The position numbers were made by a program, and so were the translations under genes. DNA of 64,000 nucleotides from Mizuhopecten yessoensis (taxonomy: Eukaryota), in the NCBI RefSeq assembly GCF_002113885.1, contig NW_018480057.1, positions 301,208 to 365,207 on the forward strand, in the 5' to 3' direction. The notes under the pieces were generated by a model, which searched no databases, was not told the origin of the DNA, and saw nothing but the letters and a program-made list of their open reading frames with translations. Shown here in pieces: positions 1 to 13,100 of this stretch. Positions within the stretch are counted from its first letter, which is position 1. Every line of letters starts with the position of its first letter.

Positions 1-3000
1 GACAATACTGCCCCATAATGAATTGGACTGTTGCTGTTTCAAAGTTCCTCTACAAAAGAAATATGTTCAATTTAATACATATTAACCTATGGGGAACAAC
101 AAATAAATATATTGTAAAAAACTTTATTTATGAACAATTGCCCTCTACTTGAGCTGCACATACAAATCAATACATAATAACAACCAATTGGATGCATATT
201 TACAAATACCTGGTAACCTAAAATGTATTTACAAAACCGTCAAGCAAAGAACTGACACTGCCACCTAGCAAGTAGTAAGTTAGAGTTGTTCCCCTCGACT
301 ATGCATGGAATCGTTATGAAGAAGTCATGAGAGGTTTATAGTGACTGGCAAATCCAGCAGCAATTTGGTCTGTTTGTATATCCAAGCCAACAATAGAATT
401 GACTATCATTTTTATTTTTAAAAACAAATATGTAACATTAAATCTAACGCAGAAAAGGGGTATGTGTTAGAGTTATACCAGATGTTTTGCTGTGGGTTTT
501 GCTTCCATTTTTTAACAATTTTCCGAATTCTTAATTTAGCTTATAATACACTGATCGTGTATTTTTCTGTACTGATGAGCTGTTTGAACCCTACCTGAGG
601 TCAAAGTTTTCTGGGTAATGCGTGGTCTCCGTCCTGGGGTAGCTGATGTAACCCTGAGTGTACAATCTCTCAGCAATCTGCATAGTATGCTGTGGCCCCA
701 TACCTGCCAACAGGAACAAGAATTTCTTAATAGTCAGATATTGATACATTTTTGTACTTTGGATAAATAATTTACATTTTTACTGTCATTCCTTTCTCAC
801 AATATTCTAATTCATTAATTTTACACCTGTAATAGTGTTTTATAGATAGGATGTAAAAACAAAATTGTTAAACCAACTGGCCTTTAATTTAAATGACATT
901 TTCTTAGAACTTAACACACATCAAACGCCTCTGATGTGGATGTTCATGTAAACTGATAATATTGGTTCTATGGTGCCATACAGGGGATATTGATTTTACG
1001 ATAAAGCACAGTGGAGACTGATTGTACAGACATACAAGTGGTAAATATTTCTGGGACTTCACAATGGGAAAATTGATTCAGTGATGATATACAACAGGAG
1101 TTTGATTATATAAGAAACAAGGGGGAATCAATTCTATAATGACATACAGGGGATATTGAATATTGCATGTCAACATAAAAAGTATGTTTGTTCTATAAGG
1201 CCCAAACTTTGGGTACTAACAGATCTGCAGGCAGTGATATAGTTAGTCTAAAAGCATTTCAAAGCAATCCATAGTTCCCCACCAGTAATGATTTCTTTAT
1301 TTACTGAGCTGTACACCTATTTCAGAATATAATCTGGTCGAGCTGGACATATGATGGATACAGACCTAGACCAGAACTGGCTGTACGTAACATCTCAACT
1401 GTGTTCAGGGCTATTGGACGACTCTTAAACTTCTCTTCTTGAACAACCTTCAGGACTCTGTCAAATAAATAATCAGATATATACCGGTATATGAAATATA
1501 AGATCCTATTTGTTACAGTTAAATATCTCCGGGGTTGTGAATCAGTTATGGGTATACACTACCTTACAACTGTGATCTGCACTTACATCTCCCTTAAAAT
1601 AGCATTATTAATGCTATCGAATAATTTGGACTTGCAGAAACGGTACCAATTCTTCCTAGTATACTTTTCAAATATGCTAGCAATTCACTTCATCTAAAAT
1701 TTAACCATTTATATGAAATTCTGTATGAAGCCCTAGTCAAACAGATGTAAATATTTGCAAAACCAGTTATATTTATGCAACCAAAATCGTTTTTCCCATG
1801 TGACTCTACTAGAAAGCAAAAACTTTCCAGTACTCTACCAACTGCGCTAAAAGGATTCCATCAAAATTAATAAGAGGCAAGTAGATAGTTTACCACTGTG
1901 ATATCTGGAATCCCTTCCTACATTGAGATATAAACCCTGTGTATTTTATCCCATGGAAAAGAAGATCAAAATGTTTTACTTCAGTTGAGCCACGGCCTTT
2001 CCAAAAATGAAATATACATTCAAATATTTTAATATGGCTGGAATGATGGAATCAAATTCAAAACACATTGTAATTCACATTCAATCCAAACACTTCCCCT
2101 ATCATACATATGTATTTCTTTCTTATCATTGATACTGTACCTTGCTGAATCTACACCTTTGATCATGTTGACAAACATTTGTGCCACCTCCTTGTCAAAT
2201 ATCCTTACTCTGTCCCAGTCAAGGTTGATAACTCTGCCACCAGGGTGAGCCACCTATCACACAAGAAAGTTACGAGGAATTTATTGCATACTAGTATCAC
2301 CAGTCCATTACACAATAAATTACATGGATGTGAAATTTCATTGAAATTATTGCATCATAGGCCAAAACCAATCATTGTTGTTTCTGCCTCGGCTCTCATA
2401 GAATAAGGAGAGGTAGGGCGGCGTAGCTTTATAGGTTACAAAATGGTTTCACATAGTTGATTTAGAACCAGTTTCATCCTCAAACAGTGCTTGTTTATAG
2501 TTAGCCAAAACATATTAGGATAGGCACTACAATGTAGTGTAGGTAAGGAACGTGAAAGTATTATTGTTTTTTTTAAAATTTGGCCTCACCTGTACATGTA
2601 TGACCCAATAAGGCTCTGGTTTGAAGGACTGGATCTTATCATGTCTATCCACACAGAACCCTAGTGTGGGAGTCTGACATGGTCCATATGATATCAGAGT
2701 ACTATCCAGGTCACCATACTTCCCCTACAATAGCATCACCACAAATATAATAATATGAATCTAAATATGAGGAAATTACTTACGCACTATACTATGACTT
2801 TACAATGAATGAATCACATATACAACAAACAAGTAATGTTGATAGAGCAACAAGTTACATATCATTACTGTATATGACATATGTCCATCTCAACAAGGTG
2901 TTGTTACTTCTCACTATAATACTGCAACACTGTTGAAGCCAGAGAATTCTAAACTGTACTTTTATTCTAAGATCTAATGATTTCATCTGAAAGAACAAAT

Positions 3001-6000
3001 CAAAATATGTAATTTTAAAGGGTTATTTTGTCTCTTAGGGCATATACACACATTTTATTTATGTTTTAATTTTGAGAATGCAGAATCTCCCTCATGGAAA
3101 TTTATACAGTAATCAATACCACCTAAATTCATGCTATATTTTTTTTCTGTTTTTTCTTTTTAATAAATAAGATGTTATACAAAATGTACTTGATTCCACA
3201 AAATCTACCTGGAAAAATTTAGTTTGGAACCTAGTGAAGGCACAACCAATTCTGAGGTCCATTTCTTGGCGGGCGTCCACTGACAATGACTCGTTTTTGT
3301 TGGGGCTCACTAGTTTGTTCATGGCTTCCTTGATGTCTCGGTCTGTGATGGCACTGAACTTTGACCTATACACTGTCTGTAATAAATGTACCAATACTGT
3401 TTAGCACTGTATTCTGTGATGGCAAAAAACATATTGCAAGTTCATTCCTGGAAGAAATTCACTGGTTTACTCAGATTTCCATGAAAATTATCAATAGATA
3501 ATACTCTAGTATAGACTACCTTTCTGTCATATATAAAAACAAGAAAGGTTTTGAGAACACTGATAATTCAAGGAGTTATATTTGCTTCTGTTCGGACGAG
3601 ATATAATATTACTATAAGGCAAACCTGAGATAAACAACACCAATAATATTATTTTAATACTTTGTTTAAATACTCATAGAAACACATTCTATCTTTTTCA
3701 CTTAAAGATTTTTTTTGCAGAGATGCTGCCTTTAACTTGTTACAGATGATTTTTATTTACGCAGGATACTCAATGACTGCTGGAGAATCTGTCCAAGACA
3801 CCTTTAAAACCAACACCTGTTCATGGTTACACTAACAGAGCTCGTAATATTTAAGTTTAACTGTGTATCATGTTTAATCCTTCAGGCCCCAAACATGCTT
3901 GGGTATTACACTGTGCAAGTTTTTAGACTTACTAACAAAACTTTTCACTATTTAATTTCCAGTTTATAAGAGTCTGGATTGATAAGGTACCACTGTACAA
4001 GTAGATGACAAGCCCCCAATATTATATCTGTGATTTAGAGTTAGGTTATCTCCCTTATGCATTACCTAAGAGTTTAGAATGACTGCAGTAATACCAAATA
4101 TTGTTTTTCTTTAAAATGTGACATTAATGAACTAATCATTAAATCCACAAAGTTCTAAATTATCAAAAAAATGACTTAATTGTCTATAAACAAGTAACAT
4201 TCTTAATTAATATCCAATCATTAAAGATATTTTACAATTTTCTTTGAGTGGAACAATTCGGAAAAGAGGTGGTGGGGTCACATATACATGTATCAACGAA
4301 ATTTTAATGGAAAAACAAATTGTGCCTGTACCTGTCCTGTTCCTCTGTTCATTGAGTTCTCAATACAGTCCAGCACCTCAAAGCAGATATTTTCACCCTC
4401 CTTGTCACAGTCTAGCCATAGCACCACATAATCAGCACCACGGGCCTGTTTACAAAGTTAGGTCACAATTGATTTTTTGAAGTGGGTGAAAAAATGAAAA
4501 AGAACTGCATTGAACAGTAAACAAAAACTTTTGTATTTTTAACGGCAAGCATTTTATCAATGACGTGTTAATAGAGAGTGAGGTTCTTTGAAATAACGTA
4601 ATTGCTAACCTTAATTTATGGTTGAAAATGTATCCAAATTTTGTTTGACTAGAGTAACAAAAGAAACTCTATGTGGAAGGAGAAAGACAGAGAGTGTACT
4701 TCATTTGGAAGCAAATTCCAGACAACTGCAAATTTTGTATCTGCAGATTCTCTCTTGAAATCCCATTCAAACTTAAACTCATTGTTCATTTATGAAATAC
4801 TGTGGTACCTCGTAAATGCATTTGTCAAATGAAAAGATAACAGGTATGCTGCACAAGTGCACATCATGTTAACTTTCTTATCATAAACCAATATTCAAGA
4901 AATATCAATATATGTTATTTATCTGGCTTACCCAGGCACCACCTCGAAGCTTTCATAAAAAATATACACACTTCCTATTAAATTAATTTCTAATTCATGA
5001 ACCTAACTAATACACCTCAAGCATTAGAAACATTAATTAATATTAATTATCACAGCAAACATTGTCCTGTTTCATTATAATTTACCATTAAAAGTAAAAT
5101 GTTTCACATTTTTATCATCTGACAAGTTTAAATGGGGTTATTTGCATAGTTCCCACACTGTACCTCTTTTGACAGAAATGCTGGCATCTTTAATTTTTCT
5201 GTTGCCTCTTTCTTGCTTGTTGGTGCACTAAACAGTTCCACCTAAAATAATAATAAGCAAGTTTAACATAATTTTCAAACACTATTTCATTGTTTCTTTC
5301 ATTTTATATAAAGAAATTGAGCCAATTGAAACTATTTAAATTCACTGCAAAAGGTACACTAATTTGTAAAAAAATTGATACTGATATGCTAATCAAGCAA
5401 ATTTTATTCCATTGTGTACGGGAGGGGGTCGAACAAGCAAATCCCAACTTCCTGCTTTACTTATTGATCTCTAGTGCACAGCTATAAACAAATGTGGGCT
5501 CACATCTAACTGGTAGCTAAAATATAAAAAAAAAGAACTGACACATCACTTCTCCTTCTACCATAGACTGACCACTGGGGCATGCAACTACTAATAATAT
5601 TGACTTGTTTTAGGCTTTCAGTCGCTGGGGACGTTATAACCTAATACTAGTATTAGGTTATACGTACCCAGTGGCTGAAAGCCTATAGTAGTTGCGTGCC
5701 CCTGTGGACTGACCTACTCCATCAAGTTGAAGATCAAAGATCATGTCAGGGTTCTGCATATGAAAGGAAAGGGAGATAGGAATAGATAAGGAGTGTATTC
5801 AATTAATATTTAAAGGATGAAAGGACAGCTTTGAAAGAGGGCAGTTTCTTTTTACAGTTTACAATCGAAGAGAGCAGTTTATTCCAGGCAGTGATGGTTC
5901 TGGGGAAGATGGTTCGTTGTCTTCAGTTTGTTTTGGAGTGGAGTGTTTGGTAGAAGAATGTATGAGAAAATCTTGTCTGTCGCGTTTGGGGTTTGAGGAC

Positions 6001-6885
6001 TTTTTGTAGGACTGCAACTGTGTTTGGTAAAAGACGAGCCGCTTCCTACCGACTTGGCTAGGGAGATTTTCTCTTTAGCTCATTCAGTAGAGCACAAGAC
6101 AAGTAGTCCAGATGTACCCGGTTCGACTCCTGGTGGAGACATTGAAAAAATACTTACCTCTGTTACATTGGCGCCCACAAAGAGACCCAGGTAACATTGA
6201 CAAATATACTCAGCGCTACTTTCACAAGAATCGCTATGACCCCTTGAAAACTTGGGACGAGTTCCTTGTATATATGTTACCTTGGTAAACACTAGCGCCT
6301 TCCTACCGTGTCGGCTAGGGAGATTATCTCTTTAGCTCATTCGGAAGGACGTAGGACTAGTAAGCCAGAGGTCCCAGGTTCGACTCCTAGCGGAGGCATT
6401 GAAAAAAATAATGCATCTGTGACATGTGCAATTTTGTACACCAAGAAGGAGTGCATCTCTATGCAGCCAATGTCTAGTAGCATGTTACTATAAGCATATG
6501 TCTTATTTAGTTACAATTACCGGGATTCTTAGTCCGAAAAACTGACTGTCTACTTTATAAGAAATTGATGGGCGGAGATATTTCGGACTGTGGGCTTCTC
6601 TGAATGGGATAGCGAGACATTAAATTCAGAGTCAAGAAATCTTACAGGGTCAACACGGTCCCAGTTATTGTATTTCCCCATGAAGTCCAAACCAAAAACA
6701 TGACCGCAAACAGATGTCATCTTGTAAAACACATTTTCTCGAGTCGGTGGGAAAACGCCTCTGTATTCGTGCACCGAGCAAGCTCCATTGGACCCTTTCC
6801 TACTGTTCATTTGGCCATTTGACAATATTTTGGCAATTGATTGAGCCAACGATGGCTTCTCAGCCACCATCAAAACCGTCTTCAT
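1..6885 (-). CDS. TOP3B: DNA topoisomerase III beta, 5' portion (9 exons; gene continues beyond left edge)
   Basis: Minus-strand exons with GT-AG borders and matching phases: 6885-6646, 5241-5164, 4445-4332, 3376-3209, 2724-2590, 2253-2141, 1457-1366, 703-595, 49-<1. Translation [22 protein letters not shown]...[15 protein letters not shown] (TOPRIM)...[19 protein letters not shown]...[12 protein letters not shown]...[26 protein letters not shown] closely matches the TOP3B sequence I recall; catalytic Tyr of GYISYPRT at 639-641. Confidence 0.97.
5573..5706. mobile_element. Hairpin MITE (134 bp) in TOP3B intron 1
   Basis: Near-complete inverted repeat (cactggggcatgcaactact...agtagttgcgtgcccctgtg) centred on aatactagtatt; flanked by direct repeat GACTGAC (5566-5572, 5707-5713). 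Confidence 0.8.
5720..6015 (-). mobile_element. 3' fragment of CR1/L2-type LINE
   Basis: Minus-strand translation of ~5880-5996 gives [38 protein letters not shown], resembling the conserved ORF2 C-terminus (FFPRTI..WN) of CR1/L2-group LINEs; contains a stop; boundaries approximate. Confidence 0.6.
6020..6424 (+). mobile_element. Miniature non-autonomous LTR element (TRIM-like) with tRNA-like LTRs
   Basis: Two ~150-bp direct repeats (~6020-6167 and 6275-6424) ending TGTTACA and TGTGACA. The first is followed by PBS-like TGGCGCCCA. Each contains an A-box-like tagctcattc and B-box ggttcgactcc. Confidence 0.7.
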
Positions 6886-7138
6886 GATTTCTATTTAAAT
6901 GCGGCGTGAATTTCTCGTTATTAAAAGAATTTGCATTAAATCCATCTGTCAGATATTGTCTGTGCTTCGTTGCATGGGCATCGCCATCTTGATTCTCGTA
7001 CCATCTCGCGGTTCATATTTCAGCGAGAGTTAATCATAAACATGGCGGGAGATACAACGTGAATGTAAACATTTGGGATGAAGAAGAAGAAAATGTCAAC
7101 ACTTTGAAACTTTCTTGAGTGTGTTACCATACTTGGAC
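6886..7138. promoter_or_regulatory. Bidirectional promoter/5'UTRs shared by TOP3B and MCM9
   Basis: Divergent start codons 253 bp apart; locally CpG-rich; outward-facing YY1-like motifs CGCCATCTT (6982-6990) and AACATGGCG (7039-7047); TCTCGCG at 7004-7010. Confidence 0.75.
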
Positions 7139-10100
7139 ATGGCAAACGTCGATTCGGATCGTGTTGATGATATCACACAGACAAAGCGTAAGTCATACAT
7201 GAATTAGTAATGTAACAATAATTGTACGTCTACTTTCATTTTCATTTTGTGCAGTGTATTGATGACCACTGGTGACTTCTACATCTATATATATACACCC
7301 TCTACTAGTTTAACTGGCATAACACAGTGTTGCACTGAACTCCATTGGCATATAAAGAAAAATCAATGTGTAGTAATGGCTACATATATATACTTACCTT
7401 GTGTCCCTAACTCCTGAGCATCTGTGAATCAATCATGCAAATTGCAATATAAAATGATCATATTTTAAATATCTTTATCTTAATATGTACATATGCATAC
7501 TTGTAACTTCTATTTTCTATATATGTAACTAGTTCCAGATATGCATTGTTTTATTGGTTAAATAAAAGCTCAATGAAATATAAACTTCATCTGTTTTACA
7601 ACAATTATGAAACAAGTTAATTTAGATTTGTCAACTTACTAAACCGTCTTGTTAGCCTGAATGGTAGTGTACAGGGGGTCTTTATGTTGGATAAAACTGG
7701 AGTGCCTGGAGAAAACCTTCAGTCAGGCAGATAACCCACATAGTGAGTGAGTACCTTTGAGTTCACATCTGTGAAAATTAGGACATCCGTGGGAAGGGCC
7801 TGTCCAGCGACAGTAGATCAACGTGATCGTATAGTAATTTTGGTTTTCCCCAAAACTACCAACAAACTGACCGGTGGCAATCCCCAAGAATCTCCTGCTG
7901 CGTCGATCCATCCTAGCTAGCCGTTAAAACGTGGCAAACAATATGTACATTAATAACGGTAATATATATATATATATAAGACAGAACAAAACTTACAATT
8001 GTAGAGAAAAGAAATAAATTTTACTAAACCTACATATTAGCCCCCACATTATATTTTGCATACCTGCCAAGTGACCTGATTTCGTCGGGTTACACCCGGG
8101 ATTTTAGCCCTTCACCCGCTTTTATAACTTCACCCGCCGGGTTACGATTTTGACCCGGATTTCGTCAATTTCACCCGTTTTCACCCGGAATCTTTTCGTA
8201 TATTAGAAGTTACCGAAGTCACTCGGAATTCTCTAGACTTTTCCATCCTCCTTCATAAGAAAGACGATCTATTTCCTGTTTCCGTTTCTCACCAACAGGT
8301 AAGTTGTGAGTTGTTTATATACGTACTAGAACTGTTTTTACAAATGTTTATATAAAGAACGTTGTTACTGAACTTGCCGACAAGTTATTAGTCAGGTTTT
8401 TAACGAATAATTGAGTTGTATTTACGTAGAATAGATCGTATTTTGAAGGTAACGTTATGTCTTCTTGAAGGAAGAAGTTTTTATCGGGACTTGCAGGTTC
8501 TACTACACGAATTGCCAAAAGAAAAGATAATTGTACACATATCAAATGTCATAGGAAAATGAGTTATAGTGTACAAAGTCCCGTGGTCGTGGACCAAACG
8601 CTGCATTCTGCACTCTAGTCAAAAACACGCACAGGCATTTGATGATTTGTTTCTGTCAATCAAAATGATCCTTACAATAAGAGTTCAAACCCTACTCGTA
8701 TAAAACTGATATTTTATATGAGAAGGGTGCAACTTCTTGTTGTCAGGACCATTTTCATTGACAGAAACAAAATGGTATTTTATATGAGCAGAATGTGACA
8801 TCTTATTGTCGGGACCATTTCAATTGACATAAAAAATGCCTGTGAAAACACAGTATCATATATATTATTATGAATTAATTTTATAAGTTGTGTTGTTGAC
8901 AAATCTTTTTATTTTTCAGCTTTGAATTTGGTATTGTGGATGAGGATCAGCTAGATCTGCTGGAAGAACAGTTCAATGAATGTAGAATGTAACTTTTACA
9001 TCATTAAAAAATTTAAGTTCTAATTTAATATCTATTTTTCTTATATTTGTTGCGAAAAAATCCGTCGCGCATTATGACCCTCTTTTTAATTTTCAAAAGA
9101 GGGTCATAACCCTCTTTCAGCATGTCCAGGGTTGGCAGGTATGATTTTGGTAAAATAAGGCCTGCAGATACTTTTAAATAGTCTACGATAATAACCACCC
9201 CATCCCGGTACACTGATATATGTTGAGTCAACAACTTTAAGCTTACCCTAATGTTCCCTAACTTGAGTGTACTGCTTTCAGTACATCGGTACTTGGTAGT
9301 GACTGTATCTTCCCACGACTCACCAATTTAATCTGGTCATCTCAAAAGCATTATACCAATGTAAACAAATAGACTAGCACTAGTGATAGCTGCTACTCGA
9401 GGGGAAGCATCTGCTGAACAAATAGCGCTGCCATACCTGTTTGGTTACTTTTAGGATGGTATATTTAATTAGGGAATACACAAAGACACAACAGTAAATA
9501 TAGAACAGTACTCAGGCTAATGACCCATTTTCCCACACTTGATTGTGAAGTCAAACCCAGGCTGTCGGTTAGTGAAAAAATAGTGCACTCTCTCTAATGC
9601 GCCGCCTGACCAGCCCAAGAGTTCAATAAAGGTATCCAATACGTTAATTATTAAACATTATTACAACACAAGTACTTTTATTATCATCTAATCACTGATA
9701 CACTATATAGCTAGCTGCAGTTGGTGAGATAAGTGGTTTATTTGCAGATGTACTACAGCAGTATGTCTTGGATAACCACAGGGAGGAATTGGTCCAGGTT
9801 TTATTGGAGGAAGATGAAGAAGATCACTACTGCATTTCTGTCCAGTAAGCATATCATTAGGATCGATTGTTTTGCGATATTTGAATGAATTTGACATCAC
9901 CATAAATAAAATACCATGATTTTTAGGAAAAAGAAATGTTAGCATCAAAATTCATGTCTGCATCAAATCTGACATGTAATTTTTTATAAATTATAATGTA
10001 CACTAATTTCAATTCATGAGAGTTCAAAGAAACCAAGCTCATTATTACTGATCAAAGCCAGGCTCTGTAATAATTATTGATCATGTCCTAATTAGCCACT

Positions 10101-13100
10101 GATATGTGTTATTATAGAAACTGAGGTAATTGCAAAGAAACTATTAGCTGCTTAATAATTTGTCAGTATTATACATTTTATTTATATTCATGCTGACTAA
10201 CACATATTTGCAGTATTAAATTTGCTTAAATAATGCATAACTAAATATAACAAAAAACAGGGATGTACATTTTATATTGATTATATTGGGCCTGGTGGCT
10301 TCTTTTATGATAAATATTCTTCCCCTGTCAAATTTTAATTGTTTTTCTCATGTTTAAAAATAAAATTATCTGTTACAAAAAAAATTAGGAAACAGGAATG
10401 TCCCTCTTGTTTAGATATGTAGGTGTAATAGGGAGTTTGAACTTGTAAATGATACGGTAAAATCACTGCAATAACAACACAACTTTCAGCGCATAGAAAA
10501 AATGAAATGCTTATATAATTACGATGTATCTAAATCTTTTGTACTCTTTCAGTGCTTTGTCCCTGTTTGAAAGTGACATGTCAATCTGCGACATGCTTCT
10601 TTCCCGGGCAGAGAAGCTGCTTCCTGTGTTTGATGCCGCCCTGGTGGAGGTCCAGACTAGCGTGATTGAGGACCATCCAGACAAAAATCAGATGGTAGGT
10701 TAGGAATTTTGTCCAGTTGTTGAGGCCTCATTCCAAAATGAAAATCTCATTGTATTTTCACAATTTCATTTTTTTTTTCCATTCAATTTTTGTTCATAAA
10801 AAAGTTTTGCATCCCTGCAAATGTAAATGATAGATTGGGAAAACATTCCTGATCTAAAGACATGAACATTTGAACAATGTTGAGTGTAACACAACACTAA
10901 TGCTACTCATACAAAATTTTAATTAATTTTCCTCTGACGTGTAAAATATAAAAATAATATAATAAATTCATTTTTAATATTGACTAACAACAAGAAGATG
11001 GCATAAAATCCGAACAAATTATTAATTTAATATTAATTACTATTGGCCAGCTGATTGCCAACACTAGAACATAAGCCTGTAGATAGCACACTGAAATGTC
11101 TGGGAATCCTTCACAATGTCTGCTGTATCTATATACGTGTTGATGCTCTAGAGTCTAAAGAGAAATATTCATGGAAGAGTGATGTCCTTACCTGTCTGTC
11201 CAGAACTGATCAGGACCAACTTGCCTCGAACCTCAGATGTTGGCAGTTTTCTCAGCATCAGTGGTAAGTATTTAAGCTACAACTTGCCATCCCCTTTGCA
11301 TCCCTGCGGAATATACTGTCAAGTGTATTTAAAAGTTTCTCTTAAAAGCTGATATATTTTTTTCTTTCAAAAGACAAAGTTTCACCAATTGAGTAACCAA
11401 TTGTGATAAGCGGATGGACCTATATATATATATATATACACACTGTACCACAAACACTTGACTTCAGACTTTGAGAAGGATCATATACTGATGTGAAGTA
11501 TCATTATGTAAAAATCAATTTCATCAAATTTATCAAGGACGTAATGGTTTGTAGTCCATATGTGTGGTAAGATATCATGGAATCAAGTTGAAGCCTTAGA
11601 GGTATTCTAACACAGGTACTGTGATCCGCACCACTGTGATGAAGATGCTGGAGTTTGAAAAGGAATACATCTGTACAAAGTGCCGATCTGTCATCTCTGT
11701 ACAGGTAGGTACAAAGTGCCGATCTGTCATCTCTGTACAGGTAGTAGGTACAAAGTGCCAATCTATCATCTTTGTACAATTTTTAGCTCACCTGCCCGAG
11801 GGCTAGTAAGCTTATGCCATGGTTCATTGTCCGTCTGTCAACTTTTCCTTTTAAAACGCTACTAGTCCTGAACAGCTTGGTGGATTTTGACTAAATTTGG
11901 CCTGGAGCATCCTTGGGCAAATGAGGCTCAATTTTGTATAAATAGAGGGTTGGGGGCAGAGGGGTTGGGCCCAATAAGGGAACTTGAAGTACATCTTTAA
12001 AATCCTTCTCATTTAATCTGATTGGAGGGATTTCAACGAAATTTTGTGTAGAGCACCCTTGGGCAAAGGGGACTCAATAATATATAAATGTAGGGTGTGA
12101 CCCCCAGGGGGCAGATCGGTTGGGCCAAATGGAGTGAACATAGTAATATATACAAAATCCTTCTTCTGTACCATTGAAGGTATTTAAAACACATTTTGTG
12201 TAGAGCATCCTTGGGCAAAGGAGACTATATTTGTATAAACAGAGGATGTGGCAGAAGGACAGGGCCTAATAAGGGAACTATAGGTAAACCTTTATAATCC
12301 TTCTCCTTTACTTTGATTGGATGGATTTCAACCAAATTTTGTGTATATCATCTTTGGATAAAGAGGACTCAATTTTGTGTAAATGCAGGGTTGCCTTTCA
12401 GGGGCTGAGGGGCAGGGCCCAATAGGGGAAATTGAGGTAAATGTTTAAAATCCACCCCATTTCATGAGGGCAGGAAAAAGGGACCCAATGAGAGATGGCT
12501 GTTGCTTAGAGACAGAGCCAATTTTTGAAAATAGTTGCGGTATTACATTTAATAAGAACATTTTCCCATGGTTGCTTTATTATCCAGGTGATTAATACAG
12601 GCCTTCTGGGCCTTTTATTTATTCAATTACATGTATCTCTTACTGTTGAATATAAAATATACTTTTGAAATTGTTAATCTAAGTGAAATTATGAGAACAA
12701 TTTTAGTTTGCGAAAATTTTCCATCACAGTGCCTTTCTACTCACATTTTTTTTATATGTAAATGAAGTTTTTTTTATATTTTTTTAATTTCAGGCAGATT
12801 TTGAGCAGTTTAATGCAGTTTCCAAACCCAGTAAATGTACCAATGAGATATGTAACTCCATCACTTTCTCTCCCCTCAGTGATGCAGGTAGGTGAATTTT
12901 CAGCAAATTACTACATCAGTTTAAGATGTAATGATTTATCATCCACACTATATGTACTTTGGAATAGATGTAAAATCATTTTCTTCAGTTGTGTTAAAAC
13001 ACATATTGCAATACATTTTACAGAATTACAGTTGTCTTAAATTTGGGCACCGATTATGATAAAAAATGCATAAGAGAAAAAGAAACTCAGAACTGATCTA

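Noticed and set aside
960-1200. Degenerate catacaggggatattga repeats in TOP3B intron 7 as another junction-seeded array
   Set aside because: Repeats are visible but I could not align them to either flanking exon boundary.
6070-6400. Two functional tRNA genes
   Set aside because: Stems are mismatched, the copies diverge, and both sit in longer direct repeats with LTR/PBS features.
8920-8992. Exon-like block as MCM9 exon 2
   Set aside because: Its open frame is out of phase with exon 1, it shows no MCM9 similarity, and it lies inside the TIR element.
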